Shown one piece after another: positions 34,714 through 43,948 of a DNA stretch of 64,000 nucleotides (position 1 is the first letter of the stretch; each line of letters opens with the position of its first letter). The stretch comes from a virus. Where the stretch lies: IMG/VR virus record IMGVR_UViG_3300025652_000002, one strand, 5' to 3'. Both the position numbers and the translations under genes were made by a program. The notes beneath the pieces were generated by a model that made no database searches, was not told where the DNA came from, and worked only from the letters and a program-made list of their open reading frames with translations.

Positions 34714-34940
34714 AACTTTACGTTGTTTTTGGTCGTGAGTACTGCTCACACTGTGACTCAGCAAAAGAACTCTTAGAGACAAAGGGGCTAGACTACCTCT
34801 ACTATGATGTCTCCCTTCCTAAAAATAGTCGTCTACGGGAAGTTCTTGTAAGTGATGTGGGGGCAGTGACCGTACCTCAAATCTTCCAACTTGTTGGAGG
34901 GGCTGACGACCTACTATTAAAACTACTCAAAGAGGAATAA
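34710..34940 (+). CDS. glutaredoxin
   Basis: YCSHC active site. TVPQIF-x-GG motif. Confidence 0.7.
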   Translation: MKLYVVFGREYCSHCDSAKELLETKGLDYLYYDVSLPKNSRLREVLVSDVGAVTVPQIFQLVGGADDLLLKLLKEE

Positions 34941-34944
34941 AACT

Positions 34945-35376
34945 ATGGACTCGACCCTAACGTTAGAACACGCCTACCTACCTTGTTTCTTTTCAAAGGA
35001 ACTTCACGTCATGGCTAAAGCTTTCCGAGCCTTAGACACCGCACGGGCTATGAGCCTCTTAAAGTCCCCGGTTGACCTCCATACAGGTCGTATTGAGGGG
35101 CGGGATGTAACGATTTTAGGTATGGCTTTCCTTGACTCTCTTGAGTTTATGGGGTCTTCTAAAAATATTAAGTCAGCCCTTGGTATTAGTTACCCTTACG
35201 TCTACCGTATTAATGGCAACCATAAACAACCTAGCCATCAGGTTATAATGTATGCTGGCACCAAGGAAATAGATATCATCAAGGGTGTCAAGCCTGTAAG
35301 ACAGAACACACAACCTGTTGAAGGGGACTACGTTAAGGTCTCCCCTACTAACTACATCACGTTCATCAAACCATAA
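34945..35376 (+). CDS. hypothetical protein
   Basis: ATG start. Confidence 0.5.
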   Translation: MDSTLTLEHAYLPCFFSKELHVMAKAFRALDTARAMSLLKSPVDLHTGRIEGRDVTILGMAFLDSLEFMGSSKNIKSALGISYPYVYRINGNHKQPSHQVIMYAGTKEIDIIKGVKPVRQNTQPVEGDYVKVSPTNYITFIKP

Positions 35377-35391
35377 TAAAGGAATAATAGT

Positions 35392-35604
35392 ATGACTAAC
35401 AAGACAATTAGCCTTGAAGTTAAGACAGAGATAACCTGTTCAATTAAAGGAGGATCTACTACCCCAGCGGAAAACCATGCTATGTTGGATGTTATCTTTG
35501 GTCGTATGAGTCGGAACGACGTGGAAGAGTACCTGTATAAGTACTCTAGGCACAAGAACATCTTTGCTAATTTACTACCCGAAGAGAACCTGTTGATGGT
35601 TTAA
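35392..35604 (+). CDS. hypothetical protein
   Basis: ATG start. Confidence 0.45.
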   Translation: MTNKTISLEVKTEITCSIKGGSTTPAENHAMLDVIFGRMSRNDVEEYLYKYSRHKNIFANLLPEENLLMV

Positions 35605-35640
35605 CTACTTACTATATAGAACATCGTTAGTAGTCGTTAG

Positions 35641-35718
35641 CCCCTCCCTCACCCCTCCCTTGATGCCCTAGCGGGTGTCTTGGTTGGGGTGAGGGAGGGG
35701 TAACCTTTTTTTTTTTTT
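35641..35718. terminator. strong rho-independent terminator
   Basis: 15-bp perfect inverted repeat cccctccctcacccc / ggggtgagggagggg followed by T13. Confidence 0.7.
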
Positions 35719-35760
35719 CGTAAAAGAGGGCCTTAAAAAGACCCTTGTTTATAAGGAAGA

Positions 35761-35784
35761 AAAAATACTGCCGACTAATGAAGA
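35761..35784 (+). promoter_or_regulatory. candidate phage-RNAP promoter AAAAATACTGCCGACTAATGAAGA (late-type variant)
   Basis: Third copy of the conserved motif. Shares the downstream CTAATGAAGAAGGGGG with the copy at 58050. Confidence 0.5.
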
Positions 35785-35967
35785 AGGGGGACTTTAGGGG
35801 GTAGCCCCCCCGAAGGGTCTTTTAGACCCCTTATTAAGGTTTTAGTAAGGCTCCAAAGGAGACCTTAAAGTTAGACAATAATTGCTATAGATAGCTAAAA
35901 AAGAAATAAAAAGAGACCTTGGTAAGGTCCTTATAAAGACCCTTAATAAGGAGGCTCAAAAACTAAA

Positions 35968-36216
35968 ATGGTAAACGCTCACGAAACAAACAGTTTTTAT
36001 GATCGCCTCATGGCACTAGAAAAAGAACTAAAAGAGGCTCGAACAGCTGTAGCAGAGCTAGACACTAAGTTAGCTGTCGCTCACGTTCAACGGGATAACG
36101 TTGAGAAACGCTTATTCGCAATCGAAGACACCCTACGGTGGTTGGTAAGGCTTATTGTAAGCTTCTTACTTTTATCAGCGTTAGGCTTTATAGTAGCTGG
36201 AGGGTTGGTACTCTAA
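35968..36216 (+). CDS. coiled-coil protein with C-terminal transmembrane helix
   Basis: ATG. LVRLIVSFLLLSALGFIVAGGLVL. Confidence 0.5.
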   Translation: MVNAHETNSFYDRLMALEKELKEARTAVAELDTKLAVAHVQRDNVEKRLFAIEDTLRWLVRLIVSFLLLSALGFIVAGGLVL

Positions 36217-36738
36217 ATGAACTTTGACCACAAACCCTTATACAACACCCGGAGTAAGATTTTCTCTGCCTTAGAGCAGTTAGTGATTTCTTTATCGTTG
36301 GTGTTCTTTCTCTTTGTAAGCAGCTTCTTTGTTATAGACTCAGACACGTTCTTAGAGACCAAGACAATGACAGTCTTTACTGATGGTCAGGTAGTGGCCG
36401 TTGAGGACCCTGCTTGGACGGGTATCACCCTAGACTACTACGCAGAACTTGTTACAATTGATGGCAAGGTCTGTACAACAGGACGGTTAATTCGTTCTTA
36501 TGAAGACCTAGACGTAGCCCATACCTACCAACTTGAGCAGAGTCTTTTACCCTGCTTAGAGGAGGGCGCTCTGCACACTATCACTCGTCAGTACGGCTTC
36601 TTTAGACCTACACAGTTCACTACCACAGTGGTCTCGTATGAGGATATTTCTCAAAGACTTCGAGGAACGACTTCTTTAGGAAGCTGGAGAGGGTCTGAAA
36701 TAGGTACAAAGTGGACTTACTGGAAAGAGGAAAGATAA
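36217..36738 (+). CDS. membrane-anchored hypothetical protein
   Basis: N-terminal TM helix. Confidence 0.5.
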   Translation: MNFDHKPLYNTRSKIFSALEQLVISLSLVFFLFVSSFFVIDSDTFLETKTMTVFTDGQVVAVEDPAWTGITLDYYAELVTIDGKVCTTGRLIRSYEDLDVAHTYQLEQSLLPCLEEGALHTITRQYGFFRPTQFTTTVVSYEDISQRLRGTTSLGSWRGSEIGTKWTYWKEER

Positions 36739-36830
36739 AGGTTTTCAAGGAGATAAGCTGAAAGGTCTTTAAAATAAGGACTTTTTATGAGATTTTTAAA
36801 CAAGCGAAAAACAAGAAAGGAGGTCCAATC

Positions 36831-37271
36831 ATGGAACCTAAAAATGATTCCCCACCAGAGGCCCCGGTAAAACGTGGGAGAGGTCGCCCCAAAGGCACCT
36901 TCACTACCCCTGACTGTGTCCGTAATAAGGTCCGAGAAGGTGGTGGTAAGAACGGTGGAGCAAGGAAGGCAGCAGGTCGTCCCAAAGGCTCTAAGAACAT
37001 CTACTCCCACGAGTCAGTAAAGAAGCTTCAAGACCTAAAGTTCGACCCTATTGAAAAGATGGTAGCCGAGTATGAGGCCATTACAGAGGTCATAGAGAGT
37101 GGCGAAGTAAGGATCGGTTCAGGAGCCTACTCCCAGCTTATTGCTACCAAGGCTGTTCTAATCAACAACCTTATGCAGTATGGCTATAAGAAGATTCCTG
37201 AGAGAACAGAAACAGAAGAAATCAACAAGAAGCCGATTGCTATTACCTTGGCACGGCGTAAAGAGGAATAA
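36831..37271 (+). CDS. putative terminase small subunit with AT-hook DNA-binding motifs
   Basis: Two RGRPKG / GRPKGS AT-hooks. Immediately upstream of the large terminase. Confidence 0.45.
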   Translation: MEPKNDSPPEAPVKRGRGRPKGTFTTPDCVRNKVREGGGKNGGARKAAGRPKGSKNIYSHESVKKLQDLKFDPIEKMVAEYEAITEVIESGEVRIGSGAYSQLIATKAVLINNLMQYGYKKIPERTETEEINKKPIAITLARRKEE

Positions 37272-37276
37272 CCTAA

Positions 37277-38614
37277 ATGACAGAGATTGCCCTACATGAG
37301 GCTCAGTCAGATGTTATTGGAGACCTGTTTTTAGATAACGTTTGTCGTTACGCGGTAGTGAATGCCAGCCGTGGCCTTGGTAAGTCCTACATGGGCGCAA
37401 CCGCTGCGGGGATCGCTGTCCAAGAGTTAATGGAGTTAGATGAGAGTGTTCCTAACAAGAACGTTGCTCTTATTGCTCCTACCTACAGTCAAGCCATTGA
37501 CATTTACTTTCCTCTCTTAGCGTATCAGCTAGGACTAGAGTCCTTCTGCACTAAGAGTTCTCGAACAGCGGGCACCTTCTGGTTCCCTAACAACGTCCAA
37601 CTCAAGATTTGGTCCTATGAAGCCTCAGAACGTATGCGAGGCACAGGCCAGTACTTTGTAGTAGCCGATGAGGTTACTTCTTGGAAGGGCGCTGGGATGA
37701 ACCTTAAAGAGTCTTGGGAAAGTATTATCCAGCCCTGTGTGTCTACACGTTGGTCAAGGAAGAACGCCGTTAAGTGGGGCGCTCAACCGGGAAAGTCACT
37801 TATTATTAGCACACCAAAAGGCTATGACTATTTCTACGAAATGTATAACAGACAGGAAGTTGATGATGACTGGAAAAGCTACACCTACACCTACCGAGAC
37901 TCCCCTTATCTCGACGAAGACGAAATCAATCGAGTCAAGTCTACACTTGATCCTCTCAAGTTTGCTAGAGAATATGAAGCCTCCTTTGAGGACTCTGGAA
38001 ACAACGTCTTTTACTGCTTCAACAGAAAAGAGCACATTTCTAACGACCTACCTTATTTCGAAGCGGGTGAAGATGTTCACATTGCGATTGACTTTAACGT
38101 GGGTATTATGGCAAGTGTGGCTTTTGCGTTGCGTGGTGGACAAGTCCACATCCTCGACGAGTTCCAAGGACACCCAGACACCGAAAGTCTAGCTAAGGAC
38201 CTCTATGCAAAATACAAAGGGCATAAGATTATTTCTTACCCTGACCCTAGTGGTAGAGCACGTAAGACCTCTGCTGCTGTAGGGATTACTGACTTTAAGA
38301 TTCTAGAGAGTCCTCCTTATAGGATTCAGACTAGAGCACACCAAAAGGCCCCTCCGATCATTGACTCGGTAGCCGCAGTAAACAAGAAGTTTAAGAACGC
38401 CAACGGTGACATTGATATGTTTGTTCACCCTCGTTGCGTAAACACAATTCGTTCACTAGAGAGAACTCAGTGGACCGAAACTAACCCTGATACTGCTACT
38501 ATCGATAAGAAAGAGGGAGTAGAACACTGGTCTGACGGTATCCGTTATGCTATTGAGTATCTCTTCCCTATTCGTTCTGGTACGATTAACACAGCGAGAG
38601 GGTTTAGTTTCTAA
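37277..38614 (+). CDS. terminase large subunit
   Basis: Walker A NASRGLGKS. Walker B YFVVADEV. Nuclease-domain acidic motifs VHIAIDFNVG, ILDEF. Confidence 0.85.
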   Translation: MTEIALHEAQSDVIGDLFLDNVCRYAVVNASRGLGKSYMGATAAGIAVQELMELDESVPNKNVALIAPTYSQAIDIYFPLLAYQLGLESFCTKSSRTAGTFWFPNNVQLKIWSYEASERMRGTGQYFVVADEVTSWKGAGMNLKESWESIIQPCVSTRWSRKNAVKWGAQPGKSLIISTPKGYDYFYEMYNRQEVDDDWKSYTYTYRDSPYLDEDEINRVKSTLDPLKFAREYEASFEDSGNNVFYCFNRKEHISNDLPYFEAGEDVHIAIDFNVGIMASVAFALRGGQVHILDEFQGHPDTESLAKDLYAKYKGHKIISYPDPSGRARKTSAAVGITDFKILESPPYRIQTRAHQKAPPIIDSVAAVNKKFKNANGDIDMFVHPRCVNTIRSLERTQWTETNPDTATIDKKEGVEHWSDGIRYAIEYLFPIRSGTINTARGFSF

Positions 38615-38632
38615 TCATAAAGGAAAACTAAA

Positions 38633-39202
38633 ATGTCCATTATTGGAAGAGTAGGTAGAGCCGCTGTTAAGAGGTTTGGCCGAGGAGCCGCTAGAGGAGG
38701 TGCTATGAGCGCCGCCCAGAAACGAGCCTTGGCTAAAGCTGTTAAAGCTTCTGCCTTAGCCCGTACAAAGAACGCTGGAGCAACAGTTGCTAAAGGAGCC
38801 TCTCGACGGGTTGCTAAAAAGGCTGCTCGTGCCTCCGCTATTAAGAATACCGAATCCCTAGCTTTAAGACGAGTCACTAGGGGCTTCAAGATGAGTGGCC
38901 TTCGTCGTGTTGACAGTGCTCAGTTTAGCGGCACTACTGGGCGTGCTTTAAAGAAGGCTTCGTATAGTGCCCGTCTAGCTAGTTCTAGGGCACAGTATGT
39001 ACAATCCTCTGTTGCTAACAGGGTGGGTCAAAAGGCCCTTGGTGTTGGCGTCACTGGTAACGTTATGAGACGCCGCTACTCTGACCTCACTACAGGTGAG
39101 AATGTTCGTCGTAACATTTCACGGTATCTTAAAGTTGCTATCCCTGTAAACGCCACTGTAGGTACTGCCTACTACACGAATATGTCAAGAAACAAAATAT
39201 AA
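38633..39202 (+). CDS. highly basic Ala/Lys/Arg-rich protein (paralog 1)
   Basis: AAQKRALAKAVKASALARTKNAGATVAKGASRRVAKKAARASAI. Confidence 0.55.
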   Translation: MSIIGRVGRAAVKRFGRGAARGGAMSAAQKRALAKAVKASALARTKNAGATVAKGASRRVAKKAARASAIKNTESLALRRVTRGFKMSGLRRVDSAQFSGTTGRALKKASYSARLASSRAQYVQSSVANRVGQKALGVGVTGNVMRRRYSDLTTGENVRRNISRYLKVAIPVNATVGTAYYTNMSRNKI

Positions 39203-39213
39203 GGATACCCCCG

Positions 39214-39813
39214 ATGCTTAAAAGACTCATAGCCAAAAAGCTTGGCCGAAGAATTGGACGGAGTGCCGCTACTGGCGTCCGAAGTGCTGCCCAAAAACGG
39301 GCCTTGATGAAAGCTGTTAAGGCTTCTGCCTTGGCCCGCTCTAAGACCGTTGCTAGGTCTGGGGTAGGTCGTGTAGCCGCTGTTGGTGTTGCCGCCACTA
39401 CAGCTACCGTTGCTGTCAATGCTGCAACTCGACGTAAGGCAAACAACCCAAGAAACAAGAGTATGGCTGTGGCCCAACTTAACCGAGGCACTACCTTTGC
39501 AAGAGTTACTGCAAGAGGTCTCGGCGATGTTGCTAAGGCTAAGGTAGCGACTACTGTTGCTGTTGCACGAGGGGACTTGAACCCCGTTGTAGGCAACGCT
39601 ATGGTAGGGGCTGTTTCTCTTCGTGCCCTTGCGAGGGTCACTACTTCTAGTGCAGCAACCCGTGGTAACGTTAATCGGGCAAGAGCAAACAACGCTCGCA
39701 GTGGAGCTTCCCAAATGAAAGAGGGGCTTCAGGCCCTAGCACGGAACGCTGGCACTCTAGCAAGTTATTCTCGTGCCACTCGCCCTTTAACTAACTATCT
39801 CAACAATAAATGA
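39214..39813 (+). CDS. highly basic Ala/Lys/Arg-rich protein (paralog 2)
   Basis: AAQKRALMKAVKASALARSKTVARSGVGRVAAVGVAATTA. Same N-terminal architecture as 38633. Confidence 0.55.
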   Translation: MLKRLIAKKLGRRIGRSAATGVRSAAQKRALMKAVKASALARSKTVARSGVGRVAAVGVAATTATVAVNAATRRKANNPRNKSMAVAQLNRGTTFARVTARGLGDVAKAKVATTVAVARGDLNPVVGNAMVGAVSLRALARVTTSSAATRGNVNRARANNARSGASQMKEGLQALARNAGTLASYSRATRPLTNYLNNK

Positions 39814-39828
39814 TATGAGGGCTAAGAA

Positions 39829-40140
39829 ATGGCTGCTTATGAATTCAACCTAGACACCTCTAGCCCTCGTTATGAGGTTACTCTTGAGAGAATAGGTCCT
39901 CAAGGTCCTGCTGGCCCCGCTGGAAGTGCTGGTTGGTTAACCTTCGCTACAGCCTTCTCCTCTACTCCGACCTTGACTGCCACCTTAGTTTCTGGCGAAG
40001 TATACACCTACCTTTATAACAACGATACCTTTACTCTGTACAGGCATATCACAACCTCTAGTGATACCTTCTACACAGACTTCGACGGAACAACCCTCTC
40101 AGGACTTGTCTCCAGTAAACAAATAACAATAACAATCTAA
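39829..40140 (+). CDS. small virion-associated hypothetical protein
   Basis: ATG. Sits within the structural block. Confidence 0.5.
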   Translation: MAAYEFNLDTSSPRYEVTLERIGPQGPAGPAGSAGWLTFATAFSSTPTLTATLVSGEVYTYLYNNDTFTLYRHITTSSDTFYTDFDGTTLSGLVSSKQITITI

Positions 40141-40155
40141 TTTGGAGAACAAACA

Positions 40156-42087
40156 ATGGCTTTTGTATCTACTGACTGGTCCATCGCTGCTAACGGAGAT
40201 ATTCGTTACATTGGTGATGACCACAATGGGGCGGCTCCGTCCTATTCTACTGTAATCGACTTTCACCGCGCTTTGCAAGACTTCGCGGATGATGCTGCTG
40301 CTGCTGGTGATGACCTGCTGGACATCTCTAGCTTAACACCTTCTGATCGTTCGACTGACAACATTATTACGCTGCTTAACGGCTTTAACATTAATGCTAC
40401 GGGAAGTGAACACCTCTTTGACGGTACTATCGTACAGACAGGTGGCAACGACGTTTATGATGGTATCGTTAACTTCGGCAACCCTGAAGTAGAACTTGGT
40501 ATCGTCCAAAATGGCGGTGTCCTCTCTGATGACTGGTGGAACCTTGGTGGTTTTCACGGTGCAGTCACAGGCGGATCTACCTCTACTCTTGTTGACACTG
40601 GCGCTGGCTGGACTGTTGATGCGTGGGTTGGCTATGTCGTTCGTAACGTAACTGACGGGTCTCAGGGCCTAGTAACTTCTAACACTGCCGATACTCTGAC
40701 TATTGATGGTCTGATGTATGGCGGTACTACTAATACTAACACGGCTGCTGCTGTGTATTACATTGCTAAAGGCTTGAATGCTGATGCAAACAACGGTATT
40801 TCACACCGCTTCATGGTACCTGTTATTGTTGGTGGAACCCCTACAGATAACCGTAAGATCATTGGCTTTGCTCGTACCTTTGGTAAGACACACTCCGAGT
40901 TTACCATTAACTCAACCAACAACGGTAACAACGTTCTAGCTGTGTCTGACTCTTCGGACCTTAACAACGCCACACCTCCTAATGATGTATACAACTCTGT
41001 TGGTACTGTCTTTGTTGCTCCTTTCGACTCCATCGTAAACCTTACTACTGGTTACATTGGCTTGGACGTTAACAACGATACAGTCAATGAGTTCTTCTGG
41101 TCTCAGTGGGATCGTGGTACAGCCTCTATTAACCAGTTCTATGAGTACACTAAGTATGTAACTCGCTACAAGGCGGAAACAGGCACCCTTTACGGTATTG
41201 CTGGCGATCTGTTCCGTGGTGTTACTACTGAGCTTACTGTTACTGGTATTGGTGGTACTTGGGTTGAACCCGAGGCAGTCTCTTGGACAGGCGGTACTGG
41301 TCAGCTCTTTGCTGTAGATAACACTGCTGGTGCTTCTACTACGAAGGTATGGATTCAGGTCTTGACAGGCTCAGCCCCTACTTCCGGTACACTCACTGGT
41401 GCAGGCGGTGCTACGGCTACTGTGACCGCTGCTACGGCTCGTGCGCTTAGCTATCCCTTCTCTGGTCAGTCTACTGGCTCGGCTCTGATTGGTGGCTATG
41501 GTGTTGGTATTGATACTAATGACCTTAGTGCTTCGGACTTGCTGCGTGCTCTTGACAACCTTACCTATCAGCCGCCTAACAACGTTTCTTTCTCTGTTGG
41601 TGGCCTAGTCATTGGCGAAGATACTGTCCTTGTTACTTCCGAAAGTGGTGGTACTATTAATAAGACACAACTGCTGTTGAATACTAGCTTGGTTACTGCT
41701 ACAGAGAACTCTGTTGTTACAACTGCACCTATTCCTACAGACACACCGTCTACTGGTACAATCCGTGTTGTAAACGATTCAGGCTTTGATGTACCATTGG
41801 TTTACACTTCTTTCTCTGGTAGCACGTTCACCCTCGATACAAACTATGTGTTTAACGGGACTAGTGAAACTGATGCTGCTACCGCTGGTAATGGTGTCTA
41901 TATCACCTACCTCGATAAAGTTGCAGGGGCTTCTACTGAAAGCTTCACTGTTGTTTATGACGCAGATCGTCCACTGTTTATCCGTGTTCGTGATGGTGGT
42001 GGTACTCCGATTAAGACATTTGAAACCACAGGTTCTATTGGTTCTGCTGGTGGTTCTACTACAGCAATCCGTACTTCTGACGAATAA
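40156..42087 (+). CDS. large structural protein (tail/spike-like, Gly/Thr/Asn-rich)
   Basis: 643 aa. Composition typical of fibre/spike proteins. Confidence 0.5.
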   Translation: MAFVSTDWSIAANGDIRYIGDDHNGAAPSYSTVIDFHRALQDFADDAAAAGDDLLDISSLTPSDRSTDNIITLLNGFNINATGSEHLFDGTIVQTGGNDVYDGIVNFGNPEVELGIVQNGGVLSDDWWNLGGFHGAVTGGSTSTLVDTGAGWTVDAWVGYVVRNVTDGSQGLVTSNTADTLTIDGLMYGGTTNTNTAAAVYYIAKGLNADANNGISHRFMVPVIVGGTPTDNRKIIGFARTFGKTHSEFTINSTNNGNNVLAVSDSSDLNNATPPNDVYNSVGTVFVAPFDSIVNLTTGYIGLDVNNDTVNEFFWSQWDRGTASINQFYEYTKYVTRYKAETGTLYGIAGDLFRGVTTELTVTGIGGTWVEPEAVSWTGGTGQLFAVDNTAGASTTKVWIQVLTGSAPTSGTLTGAGGATATVTAATARALSYPFSGQSTGSALIGGYGVGIDTNDLSASDLLRALDNLTYQPPNNVSFSVGGLVIGEDTVLVTSESGGTINKTQLLLNTSLVTATENSVVTTAPIPTDTPSTGTIRVVNDSGFDVPLVYTSFSGSTFTLDTNYVFNGTSETDAATAGNGVYITYLDKVAGASTESFTVVYDADRPLFIRVRDGGGTPIKTFETTGSIGSAGGSTTAIRTSDE

Positions 42088-42102
42088 CAAAAGGAAATAA
42101 TT

Positions 42103-43710
42103 ATGGCCGCTCCCATTTATACAACTGACCTAGTTGATATCACTACTGCTGAGACCGTCACAGGTTGGTCTGCCCTTGGGGGTGGCCAAGCTGGTCTCTC
42201 TGATGAAACTGATTACTTTATCGAAGGAACCCAGTGTGTTTCTAAGTCAGGCTTTACTGCTTCTACCCGTGGTATGATCTTCTCTGCTGGCGCTACTACT
42301 ATTGCTGCAGGGGACGCTGTCTTTGTGTGGTCTAAACAAAACAACCGTAACCTTATGGACCTCCAAGCTAATGGTGGTGCTCAGTTCCTTATTGGGGATG
42401 GCACCTCCGCTTTTGATCAGTTCTATATCGATGGTAGTGATAGTGAAGGCTCTGCCCTAGCTGGTTGGAGAAACTATGCTGTTGACCCTACTGCTACACC
42501 TTCTGCCACTACAGGCACTCCTGCTGCAACATCTTTCTTTGGTATGCAGTGGGCTATCCTTGGTGCTGGTTCTTTGAAGGGTTCACCTAATGGAATTGAT
42601 GTTGTCCGACACGGTCGTGAGCTAAGGGTGACAGATGGGGACTTGGCTAGTGGCTATGCAACCTTTGCTGGTGCTGCTGCCTTTGACTCCGCTACAACTC
42701 GCGCTTGGGGTCTCTTGACTCCTATTCAGGGTGGTAACCTTTTCCACGGCCACTTGGTCCTTGGTCAAGCAGGTGTTCCTGTTGACTTCCGAGATAGTAA
42801 CCGTTCTATCATCGTTCTTGATGACACCTTCCTTCCTTCCACCTTCAACGAGATTTCTATTGTTGATGCTGCTTCCAACGTAGAGTGGACAGGAATTACT
42901 CTTTCTCACCTTGGTACGACTTCCCCTACTGTTCTAAACTTGAATGTAGGAACCTTTGTTGGTAGAAACTGCCGCTTCTCTAGGGCAGGTATCACTACCT
43001 TTAGTTTGGGCCAGACCTGCACAGACTCCGCTTGGGAAATTTGTGGTCAGGTGGTTGCTGGAGGCGCTACTCTAACAAACAGTAGCATTTCTGGTTATGA
43101 AGGCGTGGCTAACACCTCTGCTATGCTTTATGCTGTTGCTGCTGATCCTGATGGTGAGCTTGATGGTATGTCCTTTGAAAAGGGGGTTGCTGCTACTCAT
43201 GCTATTGAATTCGGGGCCACTAGCCCTCTAACAATGACGCTACGTAACTGTGACTTCTCTGGTTATAACGCGGCTAACAATGTCAACGATAGTATGTTCC
43301 ACATTAAGCGAACTACAGGAACCGTTACGATTAACCTCGTTGGTTGTTCCACAGATTCCGCTTTCTCTTACCGTACTGATGGTGCAGCCGTGGTCTTTGT
43401 TATTGACCCTGTTACAACTCTCATTAAGGTTGTGGATGCTACAACTAAAGCAAACCTTGCAGGCTCTCGCGTTCTTATTCTTGCTGATGCGGGTGGACCT
43501 CTTGCCCAAGGTACTGTTATTATCTCCGGAGACACAGATAGCAATGGTGAGATCACCGACTCAAGGACTTTAGCAGCCAGCCAGCCAATCACAGGTCGTG
43601 TTCGACTTTCAACCACTCCCGGTAGTCTTTATAAGACAGGGGATGTAGTTGGTACAATTAACTCGCTGACAGGGTTTAGTACTACTGTTCAGCTTATCCC
43701 AGACGAGTAA
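42103..43710 (+). CDS. structural protein with beta-helix-like repeats (tailspike-like)
   Basis: Repetitive NCxFS / SISG / GxT periodicity. Confidence 0.5.
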   Translation: MAAPIYTTDLVDITTAETVTGWSALGGGQAGLSDETDYFIEGTQCVSKSGFTASTRGMIFSAGATTIAAGDAVFVWSKQNNRNLMDLQANGGAQFLIGDGTSAFDQFYIDGSDSEGSALAGWRNYAVDPTATPSATTGTPAATSFFGMQWAILGAGSLKGSPNGIDVVRHGRELRVTDGDLASGYATFAGAAAFDSATTRAWGLLTPIQGGNLFHGHLVLGQAGVPVDFRDSNRSIIVLDDTFLPSTFNEISIVDAASNVEWTGITLSHLGTTSPTVLNLNVGTFVGRNCRFSRAGITTFSLGQTCTDSAWEICGQVVAGGATLTNSSISGYEGVANTSAMLYAVAADPDGELDGMSFEKGVAATHAIEFGATSPLTMTLRNCDFSGYNAANNVNDSMFHIKRTTGTVTINLVGCSTDSAFSYRTDGAAVVFVIDPVTTLIKVVDATTKANLAGSRVLILADAGGPLAQGTVIISGDTDSNGEITDSRTLAASQPITGRVRLSTTPGSLYKTGDVVGTINSLTGFSTTVQLIPDE

Positions 43711-43714
43711 GTAA

Positions 43715-43933
43715 ATGACAACTGAACTTCAAAGAGAAATCACCCATCAAAACGTTGAGAAGCTTGTTTCCACTATCCGTGGAGAACGTGAAGCAAGAGA
43801 GGCGTTATACAAAAAGATCGTATTACTGGAACAACATGTTCAAATGTTAACAGGGCGGCTACAACAAGCTGAGTCTAATGCTCACGCCGCCTTAGCGATC
43901 GTCCGAAACATGAACGGAAGTTCAACAACATAA
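43715..43933 (+). CDS. small coiled-coil protein
   Basis: Heptad pattern. Confidence 0.45.
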   Translation: MTTELQREITHQNVEKLVSTIRGEREAREALYKKIVLLEQHVQMLTGRLQQAESNAHAALAIVRNMNGSSTT

Positions 43934-43948
43934 AGGAGGACAAGAACC

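Noticed and set aside
39138-39714. Two long minus-strand ORFs (184 and 180 aa) across the Ala-rich paralog genes
   Set aside because: They are mirror images of GC-skewed low-complexity + strand genes, Ala/Arg-rich by complementarity, and lack independent signals.
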